Position numbers and translations under genes: made by a program. Below are positions 25,701-37,115 of a stretch of 64,000 bases of DNA, piece after piece. The notes under the pieces are model-generated. The model was given only the letters and a program-made list of their open reading frames with translations, made no database searches and had not been told where the DNA came from. Every line of letters starts with the position of its first letter. Position 1 is the first letter of the stretch. Origin of the DNA: Cenococcum geophilum. Lineage: Eukaryota. The stretch is from assembly GCA_050273025.1 (NCBI GenBank), contig CP158635.1, forward strand, positions 11,160,001-11,224,000. Reading direction: 5' to 3'.

Positions 25701-27796
25701 CAAAGTGGGAATACTTTATAGCCTATACGGAAGAAATCTTAGCGGAAGATGTCGCTAGAATCTATATTAAAGAAGTATTTGTAAGATATAGAGTACTAAG
25801 TAAAATTATATTAGATAGAGATCTAAGATTCGTAGCAGTATTTTAGGAAGTATTCTTGGCGGAATAAGGAGTTTAAGCAGTAACTTCTACCGTATATTAT
25901 CTACAGATAGACGGTTAAATGGAAAGATTAAACTAGATACTAGAGCAGTATTTAAGGCACTATATTAATTACGTATAGAATAATTAGGTATCGCTATTAC
26001 TAGTTATATAATTTACATATAATATAACACCATAAGAAGGAATGGGTATGTTACTATTTAAGGCGAATTATGGATATAAGCTAAGAATATTATTATCGCC
26101 ACGATAAGTAAAGAAAACGAGTAGTAAAGCTAAGTAAAGAATGGAGACTTTAATAAATCTTTATATAAACCTTATAGAAACAGCTAAGACAGTATAATAA
26201 AGAATAAAAAAGTATTATAATGCTAAGAGATCTAAGGGACTAGATCTTAAGGAGGGAGATAAAGTATAGCTACTATATAAAAATTTCAAGAGCTGACAAT
26301 TAAGCAAGAAGTTAGACCATGTTAGGTTAGGACCTTTTAAAATTATATAAAGGATTTTACTGGTTATGTTTAAATTAAACCTACTAGCCAAAATAAAGAT
26401 CTACCCTATATAGTACATTGCAATATTAGAGCTAGTATACAGAAATATTAAGCCACTAATCTATAAGGCAGACACGTATAGAGGATAAAAAGAAAATAAA
26501 TAGTAAGTTTTAAAGATCGTTAGTTACGAGGATATAGATAATGAAATATAGTATAAAGTAAAGTGGATAGGCTATAATGAGACTACCTGGGAGCCACTAG
26601 AGAATCTAAAGAACGCTATAGGAAAGGTACAGAAGTATTAGAAGAAAAAAGGTTAGGTAATATTAATAAAGAGAAATCGCTAAAGAACGAGCCGCCTAAG
26701 GGGGACCTAGGAAGAGTAACTGCTGAACTACTTAGAGTTATTTCCTTCTCTATTAAAAGAAAATCCGTTCTTTTATTACCAAGTTCCTATAGACCTTATT
26801 TTATAAGTTTCCACTCCTTAAAATAAACCTTCTTACGCACCTTCTTAAGACGAAGTAGATAGGTAGACGCCGTAATATAAGCATCTAAGGCCTTCTATTC
26901 CGCATTCTAAGAATGCTTAAGCTTAGCAAGGGCCTGCGCTAGGTTACTATTAAGCTTCGTAGTAGCAGATTAAATATAAAACCCTATAATAAATTACTTA
27001 GGGAACTTAAAGACTGTTAAGAGTTATAGGACGCGTATACTTAGCGTTAGAGGTAGAGCGAATATCATAAGACGATTAAACGTTTGCTTTGGTGCACTCT
27101 AAATAAGAGGAGGGTTGCCGAGATAAAGGACTCACTAAGGCGATATATATTAGCCCCTTCTTTAAGTAACAAGAATACAAAGATAGCATTATTTTACTAA
27201 GTGATAATATTACAGTAATAGTGCGAGCGCGACATTGCGCGTATAAAGAAGAAGAAGCTTTAGGTATTATAAGTAACAATATTAACCAAATTAATTAGAC
27301 GGATATTACACCTCTAGTAAATAACTTAGAGATGCTAGGTATCTTTAAGGACGAAGATAGAAAGGAGGGAGATAGTGTTACGGACGCTTTAAGTATAATG
27401 TTATAACTACTTAGAGAGGAGTTAGAAGAAGCTAGTTAGTTAATATAAGTATAGTCTAGGATAGAACCCGTGGAACTATATAATAAGGAATAGTAGCTAA
27501 GGTTATATAAGGTGCTATAAGGGGAACGTAAGGAATGGAGGGAACTTATATACCTTACGTATAAGACGTATATTACGTATAAGAAGGATTTTATAGGAGT
27601 ACGGTTGTGTATTTAAGGACCCTTAGTCCCTACCTAGATAGTTCCTTCTTTGTAGTAATTCTTAGAATACAATTGGAGTTAATCTATTAGGCAACCACTC
27701 CACCAGTTGTTATTACGTTGTTGACTTACTTGCAATACCTATACACCTAGCCCATTGACAAGTCTACCGTAGTCTCTACTACAAGGCTTCGTTATA
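19786..27796 (+). mobile_element. Full-length chromoviral Ty3/Gypsy retrotransposon family B (8011 bp), RIPed
   Basis: 421-bp LTRs at 19786-20206 and 27376-27796. TSD TATCG at 19781-19785 and 27797-27801. PPT 27361-27375. gag ATG 20247 (MPPKA), CCHC ~21251-21293, protease LIDSGA (23391), RT YL(DD) (24353), integrase GPF (26330), chromodomain VKWxGY..TWEP (26560-26600). Confidence 0.96.
26720..27267 (-). pseudogene. Antisense extra gene of Gypsy family B with de-RIPed Cys6 (Zn2Cys6-like) motif and a putative intron
   Basis: ORF-track peptide ..LYSCYLKKGLIYIALVSPLSRQPSSYLECTKANV*SSY. Reading TAT/TAC as RIPed TGT/TGC gives C-x2-C-x6-C-x13-C-x2-C-x8-C. A homologous segment lies at 34200-34800. 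Putative intron ~27039-26984. The 3' end is approximate. Confidence 0.6.
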
Positions 27797-30581
27797 TATC
27801 GCGCGTAGGGGCCCGGTTTTGAGATTAGGTAGTGCTCTTTTAGCCTATTTTTAATTACTGCCTAGATCCTTTCTAGTCTTTGGTTAATTTCCTTAAGGGT
27901 GGCCAATAAGCCTTGCTTGTTTAGTATTGGGTAGATTTCTTCTAGGTCTTAGAGTTGTTATTTAACTGTATTAAGGAAACTGTCTATCTTAAGCTTCCTT
28001 ATTGCGTATCTTTTTCTATTTAGTTACGCTTTAGTATTTAGGTCTAGCTATATCTAGATAGGGATATAGTCTAGGGTAAGTACCTATTCTTCTTTAGGGT
28101 TGCACCTTTTAAGTCTCTAGTATAGGCCTTCGTCCATAAATATAAGGTTAATTGTACTTCTAGCGGTGCCTTGTTGCTATATAATTACTCCTAGGGGGGT
28201 GGCTAGCTTAAGGCCCTAGATATCTATAGCTCTTAGTAGGCACTTTAACTATTAATCTACAGCAACATAGATACCCCCCTACCGCGGGTAGTAGAGGTTT
28301 ATATCTCCTAATAGGATAGACTCTATACCTTTGGTTTCTAGTAAGCTTATTACTAATATAATATTCTCTGTTTATAGGACCCCTTTAACCCTAGAGTTAT
28401 ATATATTAATAATTTATACCGGTCCCCTATATGTTTAGATTATTATAACTATAATATCTAGGTTAACTGCCTACTATAACTATAAGGACAGGCTAACAGC
28501 CTTACTAATTATAAAGCACACGCGTATAGCTGCTTTTGGTTTATATAGGAGCTAGAATCCTTGGGGGCAGTATATTAATTATATAAAGGTATTATAATAC
28601 GGCTCTTATATAGTAAGGATATAGTATTTCTCTAGGTCTAGACTATCTAGTAGGGGCCTTATAAGGCGGTAGTTTGTGTTACCGCAGTTATACTATATAA
28701 TAGATAGGTAGCGGACCCCCAGTAAGGGTCCTTTAACTTTTCTTTATTCCTTACTTCTTCTATTTCCACTTTCTCTAAGATATTTAGAGCTTTTGTCTCT
28801 TATATCTATACCCTAGTTACTACTTATTTTATATAGAGCTTTTTATTCCTATGTCTTATATTCCTGTTAGCGCTTCTATATCTAAATCTGTTATTATTAC
28901 CGGTTCTTCCCCTATTCTTACTAGTCGGCTATATACCCTTTATGGGTCGGCTGCGAATATTATATTTACCGCATTAAGTCTAATTCTTAATTATCCTAGT
29001 CTTAAGCCTGCTGTTGCTGTCTATAGGGGTCTTCCTACGGGGCGTCCTCTCCCTTATGTCCCCTGTGACCCTTATGTCCCTAATTGGTCTAGTGATGTCG
29101 CACGGCGTCGCTTCTGGCCCGTTAAGGCTTAGGATAGCTGGCCTAGCCCTCTAGTATTAAAGGTAGGAAACGCTAGAAAGGCACCTGCGTCCCCCTAGCT
29201 TATCGCCTGTTATTTCTATTTATATAACCTAGTATGCAGTTATTCCCGCAGCTGTTAAGCCCTTATCTTCTGTCTCCTGTATTTAATACAGTCTTCTCTC
29301 TCCTACGCCTTATATGTGCTTCAGTAGCAGTTTACGCATTTTATTTAGTCTTAATTTAAGTAATGTCTCGTATTATGGGGGCCTGTATAGTAGCCGCAGT
29401 ATACCTATACTGCGTATATAGATTGGGTATGTCCCCATTATATATAGTAATAGTATTATTCTAGGCGTAGTCTGTAGTTATAGAGCCTTGTGTTATATAT
29501 AAGGCCATTTATAATTATTCCTTTTTAGATAAGGAGTTTTTGCATTCCTAGTATATATGTGCTGACAATAAGGGAGCCATACGTTCGTCCGGCGTCTCCT
29601 TAGTAAGTCTCCGGCGACCCTTATATCCTCTTATTATTCTTATTATATACTTAGTTTGCATTTTCCTATTAAAGCCATTAGATTTAGGTGATTTTAAGTC
29701 CTGGTATAAGGTGTTCCGTTTATCTTACTATCTTCTATATAATTGCTGTGTTATCTACCTAGCGTCCCTTTTCTACCCTAAGGCTTATAGGAACCGCTAG
29801 GACTTCAACTAGGTAATCCTCGCGGAGTACTTTTATGCCAATACGTTCTCCTAGCCTATCCCCTACCCTTACGGCTCGTTCCTTTGCCTATTGGTCCTTT
29901 AGGGTAACTCTAATATCTCCGCTCTTAAGGTATTGGACTGTAATAGCGTTATAAACCTCTTTGTGTATCTTTATAAGGACTTCTGTTTCTAATTATCCCC
30001 TAAGCCCCTCTACTTATTCTATATTTGGTCGTATTATAATTATATACCCAGTTATTAACTTAAGGGGGGTAGATTCCCTATACTATAAAAGCGCAGCTAC
30101 AGCAGCCCAGGTGCGGTTCGCTGGTAAGGGGGGGTTATACTTATTTTTAATTTTGCTTAGCCGTTAGAGGATTTAATTAAGAGTTTACTAAAGGGGCGCC
30201 TAAGGTTCGCTAGACTAGCGGAGCTATTCTGCTAGCTGCATTAGTTTGTTATAGCTAACGGTTACTTCCTTATAATTCTGGATACTAGACGCGTCTAATA
30301 GGCTTTATATTTTATTAGATGCCTTCTTAATAGAGGTATTTCCGCTTTATGGTGTAGTATTCGCCCGTCTTTATTGTAGAGGGCCATTGCTAGGCGTAGT
30401 TCTAGCGGTCACGCGCGAGTGCGAGCCACCGTTATTTAACGTGTGCCTCCCCTATAATGCATACATCTTAGGGGGATTCTCTAGGTGTTTTTCAGGGTTC
30501 TTTTGGTTAGTTTTAGTCTTTTTGGGCCGGGTGTAGCAAGAGCTCCTTTTTTGGAGATAGATATATAGACCTAGAGGACTT

Positions 30582-33500
30582 AATACTAAGTATATATACG
30601 GCTAGCATCTAGTAGAAGTTTAAGGATTAGAAAATTTAATACTTTAATTAGAAAGATTCCTTATAAAAGAATGCTTAGATAAATAATAATAGTAGGAATA
30701 CCTAAAGAATATATGTCTATAGTATATAAAGGATAAAAAGTAAACTAGGTATTGGCTAAAGAGTAAGCTAAATATATAAGAATTAAGTAGCTAATAGTTA
30801 GGAAAAGTAGAGGCCTATAGGACTAGAGGGAGCTAGTAGTAGACCTTTAGACCCTTAAAGGAATTTAAGGACAGCACTTAAATTTATAAGTTAATTAGTA
30901 AGATTAATAGTTTAAAGTATTAATAGATAGTAGAGTAATGAGGAACTATATTTTACTAGTAATAGTAAAGAAGATAGGGCTACCTTATAGATAGAAGGAG
31001 CACCCTTATTTATTAGTTATAATTTTAGAAGATCTAATAACCTATAGAGGAGGTATTATTAATCTTAAAATAGGACCTATTTAGATAACTATTAAAGGAA
31101 GATAAATTAAAATATCTTTTAATATCCTACTATTAGGGCAGGATAAGGCAGTATTAGGTAGGCCTTAGTTATAGGAATATAATCTAAAGATTAATTGGAT
31201 TATAGGTTAAGTTAATATTAGAGATACTTAATAACGTATGAGGTATATAGCAACTAAGTTAGTATAGTACTAAGTTAAAGCGACGTATAAGGAAACTAAG
31301 AAAGGGTTGTCCTATATACTAAAGAGATACTATAAGTATAGTTAAAAGCTATAGAGCCTAAAAAGTAAAAAGCTATTAAAGTATATAGTATAGGACTATA
31401 AAATAGAATTAGAACCAGAAATAAGTTTAAAGTTCTTTTTAATCTATAAGCTAACTAAAGAAGAGTTAAGAGTACTTAAAGAGTTTATCTAGGAAAACTT
31501 ATAAAAGGGATATATTAAACTATCGCATTTATTAGCAGGATATCTAGTATTATTTGTACTAAAGAAGAATGGAAAGCTTAGGCTATATATTAATTATAAA
31601 TAGTTAAATAGCATTACTAGGAAAGATAGGTATTTTTTACCTTTAATTAGCGAAATCTAGGATTAGATAGGTAATGTGCAAATCTTTATAAAGATAGATT
31701 TAAGATAGGCGTACTATTAGATTAGGATTAAGAAAGGTAATAAATAAAAGGTAGCCTTTAGGTTAAAGAAAGGACTATATAAGCTATTAGTTATATAATT
31801 TAGGCTTATAAACGTACTAGTAATATTCTAAAAGCGGATTAATAATATATTAGGAGAACACCTTAATAAGCTTATTATAGTATATTTTAATATTATTATT
31901 ATCTACTTAATAATTAAGGAAGAATACGGAGAATACGTTAAATAGGTTTTAAAGAGACTATAAAAAGAATAGATATTAGTAGTAATTAAAAAATATAAGT
32001 TCTTTATAAAGAAGATAGATTTTATTAGATTTATTATTAAACTAAGTTATATTAGTATAGACCTAAAGAAGATTAAAGCTATAGTAAGTTAGTAAGAACT
32101 AGAAAATATAATATAGTTAAGGTTATTCTTAGGGGTTTATAACTACTATAGAAGGCTTATAGTATAATAGTTAAAGAATATTAAACCCTTTACTAGACTT
32201 ATAAAGAAAGAGTAACTATAGATTTAGGGAGATAAATAAAAGAAATTATTTAAGGAACTTAAGGAGTTATTTACCTAGGAACTAATCCTTAAAATCTATT
32301 AACTAGAACTAAAAATGGTTGTGGAAATAGATATATTAGACTTTATACTAGGAGTATATTTGCTATAAAAGTACAAGAATATATAGTATTTAATAGCATA
32401 CTATAGTCGGAAGATAATACTACTAGAGTTAAACTATAATATCTACAATAAGGAGTTATTAGGTATAGTTATAGTATTTAAGAAATAGAGAGTATTTTTA
32501 TAAGGTATAAAGAAACTATTTATAGTTAAGATAAATTATAAGAACCTAACGAGGTTCCTAATAATAAAGGAACTTAATAGAAGATAAGTTAGATAGGTAG
32601 AAATGCTTATAGAATACTGTTTTAAATTTTAGTATATTAAGGGCATTAAGAATATAAGAGCTAATGTATTAAGTAGAAAAGCTAAATTATAAAATAATAA
32701 AAAATTATTAGGAGTAATGCTACGCAGAGATAGTAATAGATTAATTAGGTATAATTATTCTAAAATTATAGTAACTTAAGAGTACAAGCTACTAGAAAGC
32801 GATTAGATAAAAAGTATTTAAGAGATATAATTTAAGGATTTAGAAACGGGCTAGTATAAGTGGAGAACAAATATATATATCCTAAGGGGAATAGCGGAGG
32901 AATTTATTAAAGATTTCTATAAGGGAATAATATAGGGATATAACAGAGCTATAGGCTTAGTATTAAGACTTTAAAAGGAGTATATTATTTATAGAATTTA
33001 GGGCTTAGTAAGAAAAGTTATAAAGGAGTATCTAGATTACTAAAGAAATAAGCTAATAAGGTATAAGCCGTATAGAAAACTATAGCCTATTAAAATACCA
33101 GAACGTCTATAAGAGATAATATTATAGGACTTTATTATAAAGTTACTAAAGTTAAAAGATCTTATTACTAGATAGGAATATAATATAATTCTTATAATAG
33201 TAAATAAGTTAACTAAATAGGGCTACTTTATAGCATATATAGAAGAAATCTTAGCGGAAGATATCCCTAAAATCTATATTAAGGAAGTATTTATAAGATA
33301 TAGAGCACTAAATAAGATTATATTAGATAGAGATCTAAGATTTATAGTAATATTTTTAAAGGTATTCTTAGCGGAATAAGAAGTTAAAGTAGTAACTTCT
33401 ACTGTATATTACTTATAGATAGATAGATAGATAGATAGAAAGATTAAATTAGACGCTAGAATAGTATCTAAGATATTATATTAATTATATATAGAATAAT

Positions 33501-34805
33501 TAGGTATTATTACTACTAGTTATATAATTTGCATATAATGCGACACTATAGAAAGGTATAGAGATATTACTATTTTAGGCGAATTACAAATATAAGCCTA
33601 AAATATTATTATTACCGTAATAAGTAAAGAAAATAAGTAGTATAGTAAAATAGAGAATGGAAACTCTAATAAATCTTTATAAGGACCTCTATTTTATAAT
33701 ATAGTTAGTATAAAAAAAGATAAAAAGGTACTATAATATTAAGAGATCTAAGGGACTAGATCTAAAGGAGGGGGATGAAGTATAGCTATTATATAAAAAT
33801 TTTACAAGTTAACAACTAAGTAAGAAGTTAAACTATATTAGACTAGGACCATTTAAAATTATAACTAAGATTTTAGAAGTTACGTATAGACTTAACTTAC
33901 TAGTAAAGATAAAGATCTACCTTATATAGTATATTATAATACTAGAACTAGTATATAAAGACGTAGAGCTATTAGTCTATAAAGAAGATATATATAAAGG
34001 ATAAGAAGAAGATAAATAGTAAGTTTTAAAGATATTAATAACGAAATAGAGTATAAAGTTAAGTGGATAGGCTATAATAAGACTACCTAGAAGCTATTAG
34101 AAAACTTAAAGAACGCTATAAGAAAGGTATAAGAGTATTAGAAGAGAATAGGTTAGGTAATATTAAGAAGGAGCTAAAAATAAAGAAATTAGTTAAGGGT
34201 AATAAATAAGCCAGATTATTTAAGGGATCTACCGCTAGCGTATAAGTTACTTCTACCTCTTTTTAATTAAAATCCTTTTTAACCTTTTTAGCCTTAAGCT
34301 TACGGAGACCTTACTTAGTAAGACGCTACTCCTTAAAGCGCACCTTCTTATAGACCTTTTTAAGATAGACTAAATAAGCGTAAGTAGTCTGTTAAGCTTT
34401 AAATACTTTTTACTCTTTAGTATAAATTTACTCCCTATTATTATAAAGCTTCTATACTTTAGTAAGAGTAATAGTAAGTTTATTCTTAAGGCGGGACGCC
34501 TTAGATTAAACGTAAGACCCTATAATAAATTAGATAAGGAAGTTAAAGACTAATAAGACTAATAAGACGCGTATACTTAGTGTTAAAGATAAATTAAATA
34601 TTATAAAATAATCGCATATTTACTCACGTATACTTAGTATAAAAGAAATATTAGTAACTAGATGGAGCCGCGATTATAATATATACTAACTTTCTTTCCT
34701 TATAACAGGAATAGGACGGTATAACTTTACTCTATTAAAAAAGAAAATAGAGATCTAACTGCCGGTTTTGGAGGGTTCTGTTACTGTTTTTAGAGGTTAT
34801 ATTAC
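30582..34805 (+). mobile_element. Gypsy family B copy 2, right fragment (pol, chromodomain, antisense gene); no 3' LTR
   Basis: Collinear with 23052-27270 of the full element (protease 30918, GPF 33845, chromodomain 34015-34110). More heavily RIPed. Ends without a PPT or LTR. Confidence 0.88.
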
Positions 34806-35103
34806 TAAAACTCCCTACCGCTCTAAGCCTCTTACTTACTAGTCTAACGTTAAGCCTTTTACTTACCGCCCTACGCCTCTTGCTTTTTAATAGGCAGACT
34901 ATAATCCTTCTATACGCCCGGCACTGAAGCTATATATACTCTATGGCTCCTACCTTTAATCCGTTTAATCTAGGCCTAGTTTCTCTTATTCTCTACCCTC
35001 CTATCTCCTTAACCCCGTATTACTCTTTAGACCCTTTTTACCGTTATTACCCTCTAGGTCCTTTCCGCTGTTACTACCTTAAGTTCTCTTCTAGCTTACT
35101 AGA

Positions 35104-37115
35104 ATACGGCGCGCTTAATTATTAAACCGTAGCTTACTATTTAGCGTTATTAATAATAAGTATATAGGTATAGATAGCGACGGTAATAGCTATAGAACAG
35201 AGCCGACCGTCTTTAATAGTAATACCGATAGTAATGCTAATAGTAACGCCGACTATAACACCAATAGTGGCATTAACTGTAACGCTAATAGCATTGCTAG
35301 ATCTAACGATGCTTACGAAGCGCTCGCTTAAGTATAGCTTTATAAGGATTAAGACCATCTGCTAAAATACTACCTTAAATAGTTAGAAGAGTTTAAGGAA
35401 TCTAATTTTACGACGTAGGACTACGCCAATGCCACTATAGCTCTCCTTAACCACATTAAAGAATACTAGTATTAGTAAGTAATAACCTATTTAGTGGCTT
35501 CCTTTTAAGCCTAACTTAGTAGAGAGCTAATAATTTCTAGATACTGCACCTATATAAGGAAAGACCCTAAGAAAACGTACTAAGTCCTTTTACTTTAGCT
35601 CCTTTATAGCTTCTTTAACTAGTTCCTAAACTAAAAATAAGGGAAAGATAGTAGAAAATAGTATAGGATAAAGGTTTTTAGCTCGTTTAGCCTATACTAG
35701 AAGTACTATCGCCTTATATATAAGAGAGCGACCAGTAAGAAAATTGCTAGTAAACTAACCTGCTAGATATATAAGGTGATTATATTTTTAGTTAATCCTT
35801 TAACCTAGTAAGGTAAGGCAAAGCTAAGATATCTTTCTTAGGTACTTTGGAAACTGGTAAAGAAATATAGTTTAAGCGATAAAAAGTAAGAAAAGACTGT
35901 TATAGACGTAGAGGATCTCGCCCTAGTCTTTAAGACTAACTTAGTTATAATAAGGAAGCGATATATAGTTAGATAATATTAGATATAAGTGCATTTCTTA
36001 ATATAACTAGGTCTTTGCACTATAAGCTAACCTAAAGCTCTTCTAAACCTATACTACCGACATATAATAGTTATACTTATTTAGGACCTAAAGGGCGGTC
36101 CCTATAATATCGTGCTTAAGTTTATATTCAAATTTATTAAGGAATATCTTAGTATAAAGAAAGCGTGTGTTATCTCTATCCTATTTCTCTTACCTTATAC
36201 TTATAGAGAACTAGTAATACTTTCCTAATTTTAGAGATTATTTTTAACCCTTTACTTATTTTTAGCCCTTACGTCTTTTTCCTAGGCCTCTTTTTTACTA
36301 ACTAAGCTTTTAGAGCCCCTAACCTAATATCTACGGAGTAGCTTAGTAAGCTATATATTAAGCCTAGGTGTAACTAGTTACTACTACTACTCCGTTTAAA
36401 CCTAGATAATATCCCCGTATTTTAGCAATTAATTAAAGCTTTTTATAGCTATAAGGTCTTACCTAATTAACCTTTATAGTACTTAACTTTTTTGCCGTAG
36501 ATTAAGGATCTTGGCGTAATTATAAGATTTTGGCAGGTTGCGCGCCTATATAGTCTCCGTTATGGCGTAGGTAAGGCATTTAATAAGAATAGTAAGTTCT
36601 ATTATATAGAGCTAGTCCTACTAAGACATTTCTAATATCTTTACTACCTAGGTAATGTGACTAATGCCCTCCGGAACCTGATAATGTAGTACGCTAACGC
36701 TTAAACGTTCTTAAAGCACTACCTTTTATAGCGTATTGACGTAGATATATAAGCAATTGTTTAAGGCTTAGAGCCTTAGGAAAAGTTAATAAAAGCGGCA
36801 TGCTAAATAAGTTAATTAATTAACCTGTGGCGGCTATAGAACCTAATAAAAGAATAATCCTTATCAGTTAATAAGAACCTATATATTTGTTCCTTAATTA
36901 AAGTTTAAAATAAGCTAAAGTATAGCCTTAAGCGTAAAGTTGTAGAAAGTATAGAATACTAAAAGCTTAACTAGGAAATTATAAATGAAAGACAACGTTA
37001 AAGAAATTCGCTATTAGAAAATATTAAGAAGAATTAGGACAATAAATAAGCTGTAATTAATATTAAGCGGCAACTTTCTAGGGTTAAATTTAGCGAGGAT
37101 ATTAAAGCAAAGTAA
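35104..37115 (+). pseudogene. DUF3435 tyrosine recombinase (Starship captain-type), multi-exon, RIP-inactivated
   Basis: Acidic N-terminus, then de-RIPed HPPEYYL..F..SDF...DYA..T (35354-35437), EKTVMDVEDL (35890), ASRPKALL (36020), RDPKGGP..IVLEF.FEFTKEYLG (36080-36150), IPEIIFDPSL.FSPHVF.LGL (36226-36290), RPYSLRYG.GKAF (36543-36582), LRNL.MQHA...TFLKHYL.R....D.QAIVRG.EPQ (36669-36779), AVIDIERQLSG (37048-37083). The C-terminal end is uncertain. Confidence 0.85.

Larger units (their letters stand above)
17164..30552 (-). mobile_element. Full-length Tad1-like LINE (~5.4 kb net), interrupted by a Gypsy element, RIPed
   Basis: 15-bp TSD AATACTAAGTATATA at 17149-17163 and 30582-30596. ORF1 (~30466-28700) has three de-RIPed CCHC knuckles at 29285-29460. 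ORF2 has APE motifs (Q)YNC (28685), (Q)EP (28602), GD(M)NL(HH)P (28285-28308), RT GIPQGSP (18711-18732) and a C-terminal CxC..H..C (~17455-17510). The 3' end is GCAATGAATTATT. Confidence 0.93.

Noticed and set aside
30470..30552. Ribozyme at the LINE's own 5' end
   Set aside because: The short A-rich leader shows no P1-P4 pairing.
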